NCBI GenBank assembly: GCA_965217865.1
Contig: CBDCJO010000002.1
Location: 5,709,439-5,773,438 of the forward strand
DNA length: 64,000 bases
Source of the DNA: Candidatus Latescibacterota bacterium
GTDB taxonomy: Bacteria > Latescibacterota > UBA2968 > SICM01
Direction of reading: 5' to 3'
This document shows, in pieces, positions 41,276 through 51,112 of this stretch. How positions within the stretch are numbered: the first letter of the stretch is position 1; every line of letters starts with the position of its first letter. The translations under genes were made by a program, and so were the position numbers. The notes below the pieces were generated by a model, which worked only from the letters and a program-made list of their open reading frames with translations, was not told the origin of the DNA and did not search any database.

Positions 41276-42415
41276 CTATGGGATTATCTCCCACAGGTAG
41301 CTACTGCGGTAGGGATTGTCGTTCTCCCCGGCGTAGATCGTGCCGTCGGGCGCGATGGACACGTCGTGGACTTGCCAGCAGGCGGCATCCCCGTCTACCA
41401 CCGGCCCCAGCAGCTCGTACGTCTCCTTCTCGACATCGAATCGGATCACCTCGCACTGGCCGTCCCGCCCGGTGACCCCGTATGCCGCGCCGTCTGGCGC
41501 AATCTGCAGCTTCGTCAACCGGCTGCGTCGGTCTGCGATTGGCGTTCCCAGGTACGTGCCCATCCCCGTCTCAATGTCGATCCGGTAGATCGACCCGTTC
41601 CCTCCGCTGGCGTAGAGCTTTCCGTTTCCAAGGTTGAAGATTCCCTCGACCTGTGTGTACCCGTAGCTTCCGTCCGGGTTCGGCAGCCCTGCATCGAAGT
41701 ACCGGATCGCGTCCGCTTTCGGATCGAACTTGCAGAGCCGGCAGGTGTCTACACCCGACGTATTCTGCCACCCCCGCGTCACATTCCAGCCGCACCACAC
41801 ACAGTCTTCGTCGTCCAGTTCCAGGTTCTCACCCTGCGCGCCCGACCCGCTGCTGATCGGCCCCAGGTCGTCCGCCCGGCCGTCCGCCAGATTGAACCGG
41901 AATATCCGCTCCGGGGTAGACGTCATCCCGTAGATCACGTCCCGCTCCTGGTCCAGGCAGATGGACTGGATGTAGCTGTGCGGCAGGGGAATGCCGACCT
42001 TACGGAGGTCGCCGGTTTTTGGATCGTAGCGCACGATCGCGCCGCCCGGCGCCTCCCAGTACCGGTCCACATCGTGCAGCTGCGCGACGGCTCCGTACAG
42101 GCATCCGTCCTTCTCCCACTTCACGAGCGACCGGTGAAACTTCGCGTCATACGGATCGGCGATCCGGGCGTAGTTCAGATCCACGAACGTGCCGATATTC
42201 CGATCATACGCCCGGAAGATGTCCGCGTCGAACAACGTCATCCCCAGGTATACTCGGTCGTCGTCCCCGTGGTAGAACACGCTGTCCATGCTGATCCAGC
42301 CTGTGCGCCACGAGGCATCGGCCATGAAATCGTTGTACTCCCAGCGGTCCTCGATCTCGTCGGCCCATTGGTTGCCGTAGTTCACGTCCTGCAGTTTCAA
42401 CGCCTTCACCAGCAT
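41276..42415 (-). CDS. Hypothetical beta-propeller protein
   Basis: Repeated (Y/F)D.......LG blades and DG.(I/L)YG motifs. Confidence 0.65.
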   Translation of the reverse strand: MLVKALKLQDVNYGNQWADEIEDRWEYNDFMADASWRTGWISMDSVFYHGDDDRVYLGMTLFDADIFRAYDRNIGTFVDLNYARIADPYDAKFHRSLVKWEKDGCLYGAVAQLHDVDRYWEAPGGAIVRYDPKTGDLRKVGIPLPHSYIQSICLDQERDVIYGMTSTPERIFRFNLADGRADDLGPISSGSGAQGENLELDDEDCVWCGWNVTRGWQNTSGVDTCRLCKFDPKADAIRYFDAGLPNPDGSYGYTQVEGIFNLGNGKLYASGGNGSIYRIDIETGMGTYLGTPIADRRSRLTKLQIAPDGAAYGVTGRDGQCEVIRFDVEKETYELLGPVVDGDAACWQVHDVSIAPDGTIYAGENDNPYRSSYLWEIIP

Positions 42416-42433
42416 CCTACTCCCCTTTCTTCT

Positions 42434-42478
42434 AAAAAAAGGACTTTGCATGGAAATGCTAAGTCCTTATTTTTTATT
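42434..42478. repeat. Second copy of the tRNA-Leu terminator region (putative att relic)
   Basis: AAAAAAGGACTTTGCATGGAAATGCTAAGTCCTTATTTTTTATT differs from 50114-50157 at 2 positions. Confidence 0.75.
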
Positions 42479-42916
42479 ATCGGTAATACGGTTCACACCA
42501 AATGAAAAATGGCTATATCGACTTCCGCCCCCTCCGGCAAGCAGATTCAAGCCGGTTCGTTTTCGACATTGACCTTTTGCGCGATTCGGCCGAAATATAT
42601 CTCTCAAAACGGTTGGAGTCAAACACTTTGGGGCCGTAACGCCGGTCGTCATGTTCTCGAGGAGCTTGCCATGACCACCAGTCCGATCTTATCGGGCCAG
42701 TCATTCAGCGAAGAAAAACCCCAGGGGACCACAATCAATTCCGATTGTCGGTGATATTTTCAATCCTTCATTTGATCCTACGGATGAAAATCGTATCCTC
42801 AGCGAAGAAGCTGCTCAAGGAATAATAATTCTTAATGGGAGGAAGTATGATCCGGTTGACAAGGACTCAACATTTGAAGACTGGCTGGACAGCTCTGAAC
42901 AGGGAGGAAAAGCATA

Positions 42917-44314
42917 ATGCGTCTCTATCTGATAAATCCTTTTAATCCGTTGGTGAGCCTGACCAAGGTAACCGAAAGTCGTTGGAATCAGTACACCGGG
43001 TCTGGAAGCCGCTGAGCCTGCTGGTTCTGGGTGGCCTGACCCCGCCTGAATGGGATGTTACCGTGGTCGACGAAAACCTTGGGGTACCTGACTATACCAC
43101 CATGCCGCCACCCGATCTGGTGGGCATCACCGCCTTCACGTCCCAGGCGACCCGCGCCTACGAGGTGGCCGCGGCATTCCGGGGCCTCGGCGTTCCGGTC
43201 GTGATGGGTGGGATCCATGCGACCATGTGCTTGGAGGAGGCCAGGACGCGGGTCGATGCGGTCGTGACCGGGGAAGCCGAGAGCGTCTGGGCGCAGGTGT
43301 TAGAGGACGCCCGCCAGGGCCGCTTGCAACCGGTCTACACCGGCATTCGCCTGGACATGGACCAGATCCCGGTAGCCCGCCATGATCTGCTCCCGAGCGG
43401 TTATTACTTTGGGTCGATCCAGATTACCCGGGGCTGTCCGCTCAACTGCAGCTTCTGACGGCGGCCTGTTTCGACACCGTCCCATTGAGCACGTCATAGA
43501 GGAGTTCAAGCTGATCCGGGAGAAAAATGTGCTGGTCGTGGACGACAACCTGATCGGGACCCGAAAGGACCATATTGCCTATACCAAAGAGCTGTTTCGG
43601 GCTATGATCGAGGCCAAAGTCGACAAAAAGTGGATTGCCCAGGTAACGATCAACTTGGCCGACGATGAAGAGCTGCTCAGCCTGGCTAAGCAAGCGGGCT
43701 GCTCCGGGGTCTTTATCGGCTTCGAATCGGCGAGTGCAGAGGGGTTGGCCGAGGTCCACAAAAAATTCAACATCCGTAAAGGCCGGGACCTCAAGGCGTC
43801 GGTCCGGGCCATACAGCGTCAGGGTATTATGGTGTGCGGGTCATTTATCATGGGCTTGGACACGGATAAAAAGGGCATCGGCCAGATCATCGCCGAGACC
43901 GCTAACCACTACGGCCTGGACATCCTCAACGTGATGTTTTTGACGCCGCTGCCTGGCACCCAGCTCTGGCACACGATGCATGCGGATAGCCGGATCCTCG
44001 CCAATAACTTCCCTGCGGACTGGCAATACTACACCCTTACCTTTCCGGTCGCCCGATACAAAAACCTGTCCTGGAAGGACGTCCTGGACGAGAACGAAGC
44101 CTGCTCGCGCTCTTTTTTCTCGTATCCCCACATCATGAGTCGGGTGCTCAGAAACTTGTGGCAGGGCAGCCATCCGATCATTGCCCTGGTGAGTAATCTC
44201 TCCTATAGGAGTAATGCGATTAAGTTCTACCGTGAAAAATTCCAGGGCATGAACCTGGACCAGGGCGAAGCCCAAACAGCGTCAACACGGTTTTGGGTGA
44301 GAGATACAGGATAG
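42917..44314 (+). pseudogene. B12-binding radical SAM protein, frameshifted twice
   Basis: MRLYLINP, VVMGGIHAT, TGEAE, RGCPLNCSF* (third Cys lost), DDN, IGFES; frame changes near 42995 and 43457. Confidence 0.85.
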
Positions 44315-44624
44315 CCCTTCTTCCGGCCGCGCCTAATATCTATTTCTTTTAGTAACCGACATTGAGCAGATTCATGTTGGAGAATTTTGAGATATTTGAT
44401 ACACCGATATGCCAAACGGTCACCCGGGTCAAGTTTGCATAATATCAGTTACTTCAGAGTGAGTTCCGCAATCGAGAAGGTGGACCTATCGAGATTTCAA
44501 TATGTGAAAGAGATCGTGATGGGAGCTACCAATCCTTCGGAGACTCGGAAAAGGTGGCAGTACGCGCGAGTTCATCCAGTCGGTTGATCGCGTTAGTTAA
44601 ATCCTCGGATCTAGCACTTTGGAG

Positions 44625-44710
44625 GTCCGGAATATTTTCGGTGATCGGCGCGCGTTCTCTGGGTGCTTATCTGTGGGATACAATGATGGAGGCCGGGCAG
44701 GAGTGGGACG
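44625..44710 (+). pseudogene. C-terminal remnant resembling sarcosine oxidase gamma/GcvT-like subunit
   Basis: FSVIGARSLGAYLWDTMMEAGQEW directly upstream of gmaS. Confidence 0.4.
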
Positions 44711-44772
44711 GTTCCGATCGGCCGGGCCGCGTTACGCGCACTAAGAGAAGATTGACATAGAGGGAGGAGATT

Positions 44773-46257
44773 ATGGCGAACAGCAATGGTCCCACAGATC
44801 TGGAAGCGTACGTGCAGGCGGACGGCCGAGACGCACTCGTGAAGGAGGTTCGCGCCAAGATTGATGCCCTGGGGATCACCTATATCTACTACCAGTTCAT
44901 CTCGGTGACGGGACGGGTGGTGGGGAAGGGGATTCCGGCCGATCACTGGGAGCGGATCGCCGGGAGCGGCTTCCAGCTGGTCTATGGGGCAACGGCCAAT
45001 CTGTTTATGGACCGTCATAACAATTATATCGGGTATGGCCCGGAGGCCGCCGAGCTGGTGGGTATTCCGGACCCCGAGACCTTTGTTCAATTGCCCTGGG
45101 ACCAGCGGGTGGGGCGGGTTTTCTGCACCCTGTTCCGAAACCGGGAGGAGGAGGAGGCGCCCGGAGGGTTTCTGACGGCGGATTGCCGGGGCAACCTGCG
45201 GCGGCTCCACGCGCAGTTTCAGACGGACCACGATGGGCTGCACATGCGACACGGCGCCGAGCCGGAGATGATGTGGCTGCATAAAGGTCCGGACGGCAAG
45301 CCGGCGGAAGGGTTCAGCAAACCGTATTGCTACCACATCGACCAGTTCGAATCCCTCCGGCCGGTGGTGATGAAGGTGATCGAGTACGGCAAGGCGATGG
45401 GGCTGGATATGATCCAGGGGGACCACGAGGACGCTCCGGGGCAGCTGGAGTTGAATTTCACCTTCGACGAAGCGCTGCGCACCTGCGACCGGCTGACGAC
45501 CTACCGCCAGATTTGCGCGCAGGTGGCGCGCGAGCACGATCTGATCGCCTGTTTTATGTGCAAGCCTTTTATGGGCGTGTCGGCCTCGGGCTGCCACCAT
45601 AACCTCTCGCTGTGGCGGGAAGGTGAGGATGCGGTCAAGCCGCTGGGCAACGATGAACTCCCGGGGATGGCAGGGGCCTTTGTCCACCGGGAGGGGGGCG
45701 AGAATACTTTCGCGCCCCTGCCCGGAGAGCGGCAGCCCGCGCCGACCGGGCTGCACTGCATCGGAGGCGTTATAGAACACCTGCCCGCGCTGACGGCGAT
45801 CGGGTGTTCCACGGTCAATTCCTACCGACGGCTCTGGGAGACCGGATTCTGGGCGCCGGTCTATACCGACTGGGGCTATCAGAACCGGACCTGCGGGCTG
45901 CGCGTGTCCGGTCCCGGGCGGCTTGAGTACCGCGCCGTTGACGCGATGGTGAACCCCTACCTGATGGCCGGGGCGCTGTTGAAGGCCTTCGACGATGGGA
46001 TCCGGCGGGAGCTGGACCCGGGCGAGCCGGAGCAGCGGAATATTTACGAGGCGATTGAAGAGGGGAAAGAGGTTACGATGCTGCCGCTGTCGCTGGGGGA
46101 GGCGCTGGACAGGCTGGAAGAAGACGAGGTGATTAAGTCTGCGCTGCCCGGCGAGATGCACGATGTGTACATGCACTACAAGCGGGACGAGTGGGAGCGT
46201 TTTCTGGGCACGGTGACGGATTGGGACGTGGAGACGTACTGGGATTGTTTGCCATAG
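44773..46257 (+). CDS. gmaS: Glutamine synthetase-like gamma-glutamylmethylamide synthetase
   Basis: EPE, HEDAPGQLE, KPF..SASGCH.N, WG..NRT and LEYR; adjacent to mgsABC. Confidence 0.8.
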   Translation: MANSNGPTDLEAYVQADGRDALVKEVRAKIDALGITYIYYQFISVTGRVVGKGIPADHWERIAGSGFQLVYGATANLFMDRHNNYIGYGPEAAELVGIPDPETFVQLPWDQRVGRVFCTLFRNREEEEAPGGFLTADCRGNLRRLHAQFQTDHDGLHMRHGAEPEMMWLHKGPDGKPAEGFSKPYCYHIDQFESLRPVVMKVIEYGKAMGLDMIQGDHEDAPGQLELNFTFDEALRTCDRLTTYRQICAQVAREHDLIACFMCKPFMGVSASGCHHNLSLWREGEDAVKPLGNDELPGMAGAFVHREGGENTFAPLPGERQPAPTGLHCIGGVIEHLPALTAIGCSTVNSYRRLWETGFWAPVYTDWGYQNRTCGLRVSGPGRLEYRAVDAMVNPYLMAGALLKAFDDGIRRELDPGEPEQRNIYEAIEEGKEVTMLPLSLGEALDRLEEDEVIKSALPGEMHDVYMHYKRDEWERFLGTVTDWDVETYWDCLP

Positions 46258-46270
46258 GAGCGAGACGACC

Positions 46271-47179
46271 ATGTGCGGGATTGCCGGAATTATCTACCGG
46301 GGGAAGACGGGAGAGATCGGCAGGGAGATGACGTCGATGCTTCAGGCGATGGTGCATCGCGGCCCGGATTCGACGGGGTTTGCGATCTATGGCACGCCTA
46401 AGGCGGGCGAGAACGAGGATCTTGGGACCGGCTTTGAGATCCACGAGCAAATCAAAGCGCGCAGAGCAGAAGTGGACAAACGGATCCGGTCGCTGGGCGC
46501 GGAGATCGTTTTCGCCGAGCAGGCCACGGAGTACGCGTACCAGTATCGCGTGAAGTACGACGGGGACCTGCGCCGTTTTTCGAATTATATCGAGGAGGTG
46601 GAGGGCGCGGAGATCCTGTCTATCGGCGAGGCTCTGGAACTGGTGAAGGATCTGGGCGACGCCAATTACGTTTCCGAGCAGTACAGGCTGAAGGGGTTCG
46701 TGGGCACGCACGCGATCGGCCACGTGCGCATGGCAACCGAGTCGGACGTGGATATCCGCTCGGCCCACCCTTACTGGGCCTATCCGTTCAGCGACGTGTC
46801 GCTGGTGCACAACGGACAGCTCACGAATTACTGGACCAAACGCCGGGAGCTGGAGCGCAAAGGGCTGCGGTTCATGTCGGACTGCGACTCCGAGCTCATC
46901 GCGGTTTATGTCGCGCAAAAGTTGGAGACGGGCCATTCGCTTGAAGACGCGATGAACGCATCGGTGGAGGAACTCGACGGCGTCTTTACCTATGTTGTGG
47001 CGACGTCGGACAGCCTGGGGATGGCCAAAGATGTGATGGCGGCCAAGCCGATGGTGCTTTACGAAGGGGAGAGCTGCATCGTCCTGGCCTCGGAAGAGAT
47101 GGCGATTCGAACCGTTTTCCCCCAGGAGATCGATACGGTTGATCCCTACGCAGGGGAGGTGAGGGTATGGCGGAATTAA
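46271..47179 (+). CDS. mgsA: N-methylglutamate synthase subunit A (class II glutamine amidotransferase)
   Basis: N-terminal MCGIAG; HRGPDSTG, GHVRMATES and HNG motifs. Confidence 0.82.
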   Translation: MCGIAGIIYRGKTGEIGREMTSMLQAMVHRGPDSTGFAIYGTPKAGENEDLGTGFEIHEQIKARRAEVDKRIRSLGAEIVFAEQATEYAYQYRVKYDGDLRRFSNYIEEVEGAEILSIGEALELVKDLGDANYVSEQYRLKGFVGTHAIGHVRMATESDVDIRSAHPYWAYPFSDVSLVHNGQLTNYWTKRRELERKGLRFMSDCDSELIAVYVAQKLETGHSLEDAMNASVEELDGVFTYVVATSDSLGMAKDVMAAKPMVLYEGESCIVLASEEMAIRTVFPQEIDTVDPYAGEVRVWRN

Positions 47180-48027
47180 AGGCGCACGAGAAGACCCACA
47201 AATCGTACGGGATGGGGATGCACGACGAAAAGCTGGCCGGGCGCTCGCACCGAACTTTTTTCGATTTCGAGGCCGTTGACGGCGACGGTCTGGTCTATCC
47301 GGGTAGCTGCGATGTGGACTTTGACAAACGCGCCGAACTCGATGCGGCCGACATGGATTCGCCGGCTGTGAATGTGAAGATTCGGGAGTTGATGGAAGCG
47401 GGCTACGGTCACATCGTTATTCAGAACCCGAACGCCAGGCATTCTCTGGGTGTGGGCATCTTAAACCGGCTCAGGCTGGATTTTGAGGGCTCGCTGGGAT
47501 ATTTTGGGGTGGGCCTGAATGATGGTCCCAATGTCCGGATCTCTGGACGTGTGGGATGGTCCTGTGCGGAGAACATGATGGCGGGAACGGTGGTGATTGA
47601 GAAAAATGCGGGATCGTCTTTCGGCGTCGCCATCCGGGGCGGGGACCTGGTCTGCAAGGGGGATGTGGGATCGCGGACCGGCATTAATATGAAGGGCGGT
47701 ACAATTATTGTCGGGGGGCGCACCGGCACCCTGTCCGGGTTTATGATGCAGCGGGGCCGCATGGTAATTCTGGGAGATGCCGACGAAAATTTAGGCGACT
47801 CTATGTACGATGGGACGATTTATGTGGGAGGAGAGATCAAATCTCTGGGTGTGGATGCGGTGCGGGGCGAGATGACCGAACTGGAAGCGGCCTGGTTGAA
47901 ACGCAAGCTGGGAATGTACGGTCTGGAAGCGTCCAATGGGGTGGAGAATATGCAGAAGATCGTCGCCGGAAAGCAGCTCTGGAATTACGACAACCTGGAG
48001 CCGACAGAAAAGAAAATCGTGCTGTAG
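47167..48027 (+). CDS. mgsB: N-methylglutamate synthase subunit B (GXGXG domain)
   Basis: GXGXG beta-helix repeats; AENMMAG and GDSMYDG. Confidence 0.8.
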   Translation: MAELKAHEKTHKSYGMGMHDEKLAGRSHRTFFDFEAVDGDGLVYPGSCDVDFDKRAELDAADMDSPAVNVKIRELMEAGYGHIVIQNPNARHSLGVGILNRLRLDFEGSLGYFGVGLNDGPNVRISGRVGWSCAENMMAGTVVIEKNAGSSFGVAIRGGDLVCKGDVGSRTGINMKGGTIIVGGRTGTLSGFMMQRGRMVILGDADENLGDSMYDGTIYVGGEIKSLGVDAVRGEMTELEAAWLKRKLGMYGLEASNGVENMQKIVAGKQLWNYDNLEPTEKKIVL

Positions 48028-48047
48028 CATAAAGAGAGGAAAGGGCC

Positions 48048-49439
48048 ATGGCGACCGAAGATCAGGAACTCCAGATGGGACGCGCAGAGGTCTCAGGCGA
48101 TGGGAAGCCCGAACGCAACCGGCACGTTCTGGGACAGAATTTCTTGTTTTCTCCTCAGGTTATCGACGACATTCATATTAAGGCGGAGATGGGCCGGTAC
48201 CGCATGCGCGGGATGGCCATTTTTAAGGAAATACCTTCGTGGGACGACCTGACGTTTCTGCCCGGTACGCTAACGCGCTTTGTGATTGAAGGATATCGGG
48301 AGAAGTGCAAAACCGAAACGGTGCTGGGGCCCAAAGCCAAACGCCCGCTGGTTCTGGACATTCCGATTTATATTACGGGTATGAGCTTTGGCGCGCTATC
48401 TTATGAGGCGAAGGTCGCACTGGCAAGGGGCGCCACCATGGCCGGGACGGCGACCTGTTCGGGGGAAGGGGGGATGCTTCCCGACGAACGGCGGTATTCG
48501 GAGAAATGGCTTTACCAGTGCATTCAGTCCCGGTACGGTTTCAACCCTCACCACCTCCGGCTTGCGGACGGGGTGGAGTTTTTCATCGGGCAGGGCTGCA
48601 AGGTGGGCCTGGGGGGGCACCTGATGGGGCAGAAGGTGACCGACCAGGTCGCGGAGATGCGCTCGCTGCCGGCGGGCATTGACCAGCGCTCTCCGGCCCG
48701 ACATCCGGACTGGCTGGGGCCCGATGATCTGGCGCTGAAGATCGATGAGATCCGAGCGGCGACCAACTGGGAGGTGCCCATCCAGTTAAAGCTGGGAGCT
48801 GCGCGGGTTTATGACGACGTGCGGATGGCCGCCAAGACGGGGCCGGACAGCATTTATATGGACGGGATGGAAGGCTCCACGGGGGCCGGACCGCACCTGG
48901 CAACGGAGGAGACGGGCGTGCCCGGCATCGCCGCGATCCGGCAGGCCCGGAAGGCGCTGGACGATGTGGGCAAGACGGGCGAGATTTCGCTGGTTTACGC
49001 CGGAGGCATTAGAAATGGCGCGGATGTGGCCAAGGCCCTGGCGCTGGGAGCGGATGCGGTGGCGATCGGCACGGCCGCAATGGTTGCGCTCAACTGCAAC
49101 AAAGATATTCCCGAGGCGGACTACGAGGGTACCGTCGGGGTGCCGGCGGGCTATTGCTACCACTGCCATACGGGGCTTTGTCCGGTGGGGGTGGCTACCC
49201 AGGATCCGGAGCTTCGGAAGCGACTGGACCCGGACGAGGCGGCCACCCGGGTGTACAATTTTTTACACACGCTGACCATCGAGTGCCAGATGATGGCCCG
49301 CGCCTGCGGCAAGACCGATGTGCATTCCCTAGAGCCGGAAGACCTGGCGGCGCTGACCTGCGAAGCCTCGGCGATGGCCGAGGTTCCGCTTGCGGGTACG
49401 CGGTATACGGTGGGGCATCCGGAGATGAACCGGTATTAA
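48048..49439 (+). CDS. mgsC: N-methylglutamate synthase subunit C (FMN-binding glutamate synthase family)
   Basis: GMSFGALS, SGEGG, GQGCKVGLGG and CYHCHTGLCPVG Fe-S motif. Confidence 0.85.
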   Translation: MATEDQELQMGRAEVSGDGKPERNRHVLGQNFLFSPQVIDDIHIKAEMGRYRMRGMAIFKEIPSWDDLTFLPGTLTRFVIEGYREKCKTETVLGPKAKRPLVLDIPIYITGMSFGALSYEAKVALARGATMAGTATCSGEGGMLPDERRYSEKWLYQCIQSRYGFNPHHLRLADGVEFFIGQGCKVGLGGHLMGQKVTDQVAEMRSLPAGIDQRSPARHPDWLGPDDLALKIDEIRAATNWEVPIQLKLGAARVYDDVRMAAKTGPDSIYMDGMEGSTGAGPHLATEETGVPGIAAIRQARKALDDVGKTGEISLVYAGGIRNGADVAKALALGADAVAIGTAAMVALNCNKDIPEADYEGTVGVPAGYCYHCHTGLCPVGVATQDPELRKRLDPDEAATRVYNFLHTLTIECQMMARACGKTDVHSLEPEDLAALTCEASAMAEVPLAGTRYTVGHPEMNRY

Positions 49440-49590
49440 GGACGGCAGAGGGCAAAGGGTCCCAACCCACCGTCCGGGGGGCAGAAGCCAGAATACAAAA
49501 TGGAAAAACAGCAATTCCGAAGTGGAAGGGTGGGTGGGGTTCACCTCTGCCTTCTGCCCTCTGCCCTTCCACCTCTTTGGGGAGAGCGCC

Positions 49591-49986
49591 ATGAGCGATC
49601 CGAAAGAAAAAGACGTCGATTATTATCTTAAATCGGAAGGTCTGGACACCGAGCGGGAAAAAGAGATCGGGCAGCACATTGGGTACCGGTACGATGTGAA
49701 CCTGGTGCCCGATTATTCGCTTCTGACGCCTTTTTTGAAGGCGTATATGGAGGTGATGGGGTGGGAGGATCTGAACTGGCTGGAAGACGTGCATATGGGG
49801 TACGAGGACGGCCATTCCGCGGTGTTTGACCGCAATATCAACGGCTGGGTGATTGTGCCGGAGGATATGGAGCTGCCGCACAACCAGCAGGACCGGGACA
49901 TGATCGCCCGGGAGATTCTGATCAAGTTTCAGATGTCCAAGACGCATCCGTTGGTTGAGCTGGAAGAAGCGTACGGGAAGTTTTGA
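49591..49986 (+). CDS. Acidic hypothetical protein within the methylamine cluster
   Basis: GGAGAG RBS; codon usage like its neighbours. Confidence 0.7.
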   Translation: MSDPKEKDVDYYLKSEGLDTEREKEIGQHIGYRYDVNLVPDYSLLTPFLKAYMEVMGWEDLNWLEDVHMGYEDGHSAVFDRNINGWVIVPEDMELPHNQQDRDMIAREILIKFQMSKTHPLVELEEAYGKF

Positions 49987-50100
49987 AAGCATAAGAAAGT
50001 TCTGAGTTCCGAGTTCTGATCATCGGCGCCGGCGTTCATGGGCTGAGCACCGCTTACCATCTCGCACGTGCGTTGAAGGCACGCGGGAGGGGGAGACTTG
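49983..50100 (+). pseudogene. N-terminal stub of an FAD-dependent oxidoreductase (NMG dehydrogenase/sarcosine oxidase beta-like)
   Basis: TTG start overlapping the upstream stop, early TAA, then RVLIIGAGVHGLSTAYHLARALKARGRG. Confidence 0.7.
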
Positions 50101-50113
50101 GGTTTTGTGATAT

Positions 50114-50157
50114 AAAAAAGGACTTTGCATCGAAATGCCAAGTCCTTATTTTTTATT
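50114..50157 (-). terminator. Intrinsic terminator of the tRNA-Cys/Leu transcript
   Basis: GGACTT..AAGTCC hairpin followed by a T-run on the minus strand. Confidence 0.75.
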
Positions 50158-50242
50158 GCCGGGAAGGGGACTCGAACCCCTACGGGCCTCTCAGCCCAGC
50201 GGATTTTAAGTCCGCGGTGTCTACCGGTTCCACCATCCCGGC
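50157..50242 (-). tRNA. tRNA-Leu(TAA)
   Basis: GCCGGGA acceptor stem, CTTAAAA anticodon loop, long variable arm, GTTCGAGTC T-loop; CCA not encoded. Confidence 0.95.
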
Positions 50243-50249
50243 AAAAAAT

Positions 50250-50325
50250 TGGAGGCGACGCCCGGACTCGAACCGGGGAATAAGGGTTTTGCAGACCCCT
50301 GCCTTAGCCTCTTGGCTACGTCGCC
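50250..50325 (-). tRNA. tRNA-Cys(GCA)
   Basis: GGCGACG stem, CTGCAAA anticodon loop, GTTCGAGTC, encoded TCCA end. Confidence 0.95.
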
Positions 50326-50463
50326 ATGTTATTCGCTTGGGATCGGGTTTTGCGGTATTCAAATTAATGAAATTGAGGCGTTTTTGTCAAACGGTTTGTC
50401 AATATCCCAAACCCGTGATTCTCGCTTATTAGATTGATGTAACTGAAATTAGGAGGTATTGAG

Positions 50464-50832
50464 ATGCCGTTTGTAGATCTCTCTGAAATTGATCGAATTG
50501 AGCTTTCCCCGGGCGTTCACATAAGGACCCCTTTCGGCCAGAACCTCATGCTTTCCTTCCTGGAGATGGAAGAGGGTACCGTCGTACCGACCCACAACCA
50601 TCCCCACGAGCAGGGGGGAATTCTCCTATCGGGTCGGATGGAGCTGACGATCGGTGAGGAGACGAAGACCGTCGAAGCCGGGTCCCTCTTCATCATACCC
50701 CCAAATACCCCTCACCGTGCAGCCGCCGTCGGAGGACCCATCACGCTTCTGGATTGCTTCAGCCCCGTTCGGGAAGACTATGCCCGGAAATTTAACAAGT
50801 ACATCCCCACCGAAACTCAGAGGGAAGAATAG
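50464..50832 (+). CDS. Cupin domain protein
   Basis: PTHNHPHEQ, IPPNTPH and FSPVREDY; AGGAGG RBS. Confidence 0.9.
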   Translation: MPFVDLSEIDRIELSPGVHIRTPFGQNLMLSFLEMEEGTVVPTHNHPHEQGGILLSGRMELTIGEETKTVEAGSLFIIPPNTPHRAAAVGGPITLLDCFSPVREDYARKFNKYIPTETQREE

Positions 50833-50854
50833 ATCCCAACCCCTCCCCCCCCGG

Positions 50855-51112
50855 ACTTCATTGAATATTGAATATCGGAGAATTGAATATTTGAAAACCT
50901 AACGCGGCGTTCGCTCCTCAGCCGCAACCAAAAAGTATTTACACATCTCGCGGAGATGTATGACCCTAAAACCGAGATCCTTCGCTGTCGCTCAGGATGA
51001 CATTTTTGGTTTGAATTGTCTCATAGACGAACCAAACAGATCTACGCATCTTGCGTGGAAGTTGTAATGTAAGACTCTAAGTTCTTGTGGCTATTTGGAT
51101 CTCTTCGATATT
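50855..51112. repeat. Composite intergenic repeat (38-bp unit plus REP-like AGATCCTTCGCTGTCGCTCAGGATGAC)
   Basis: 50855-50892 is identical to 58334-58371; REP-like hairpin at ~50975-51002. Confidence 0.7.

Noticed and set aside
43445-43470. TGA at the third Cys of the radical SAM motif (CxxxCxxU) read as selenocysteine
   Set aside because: The protein continues in a different frame and several residues are missing, so this is a deletion rather than recoding.
44611-46272. Long antisense ORFs (553 aa here; also 41162-42505, 3227-4198, 59866-60828)
   Set aside because: These are shadows of high-GC coding genes on the opposite strand and have no recognisable motifs.
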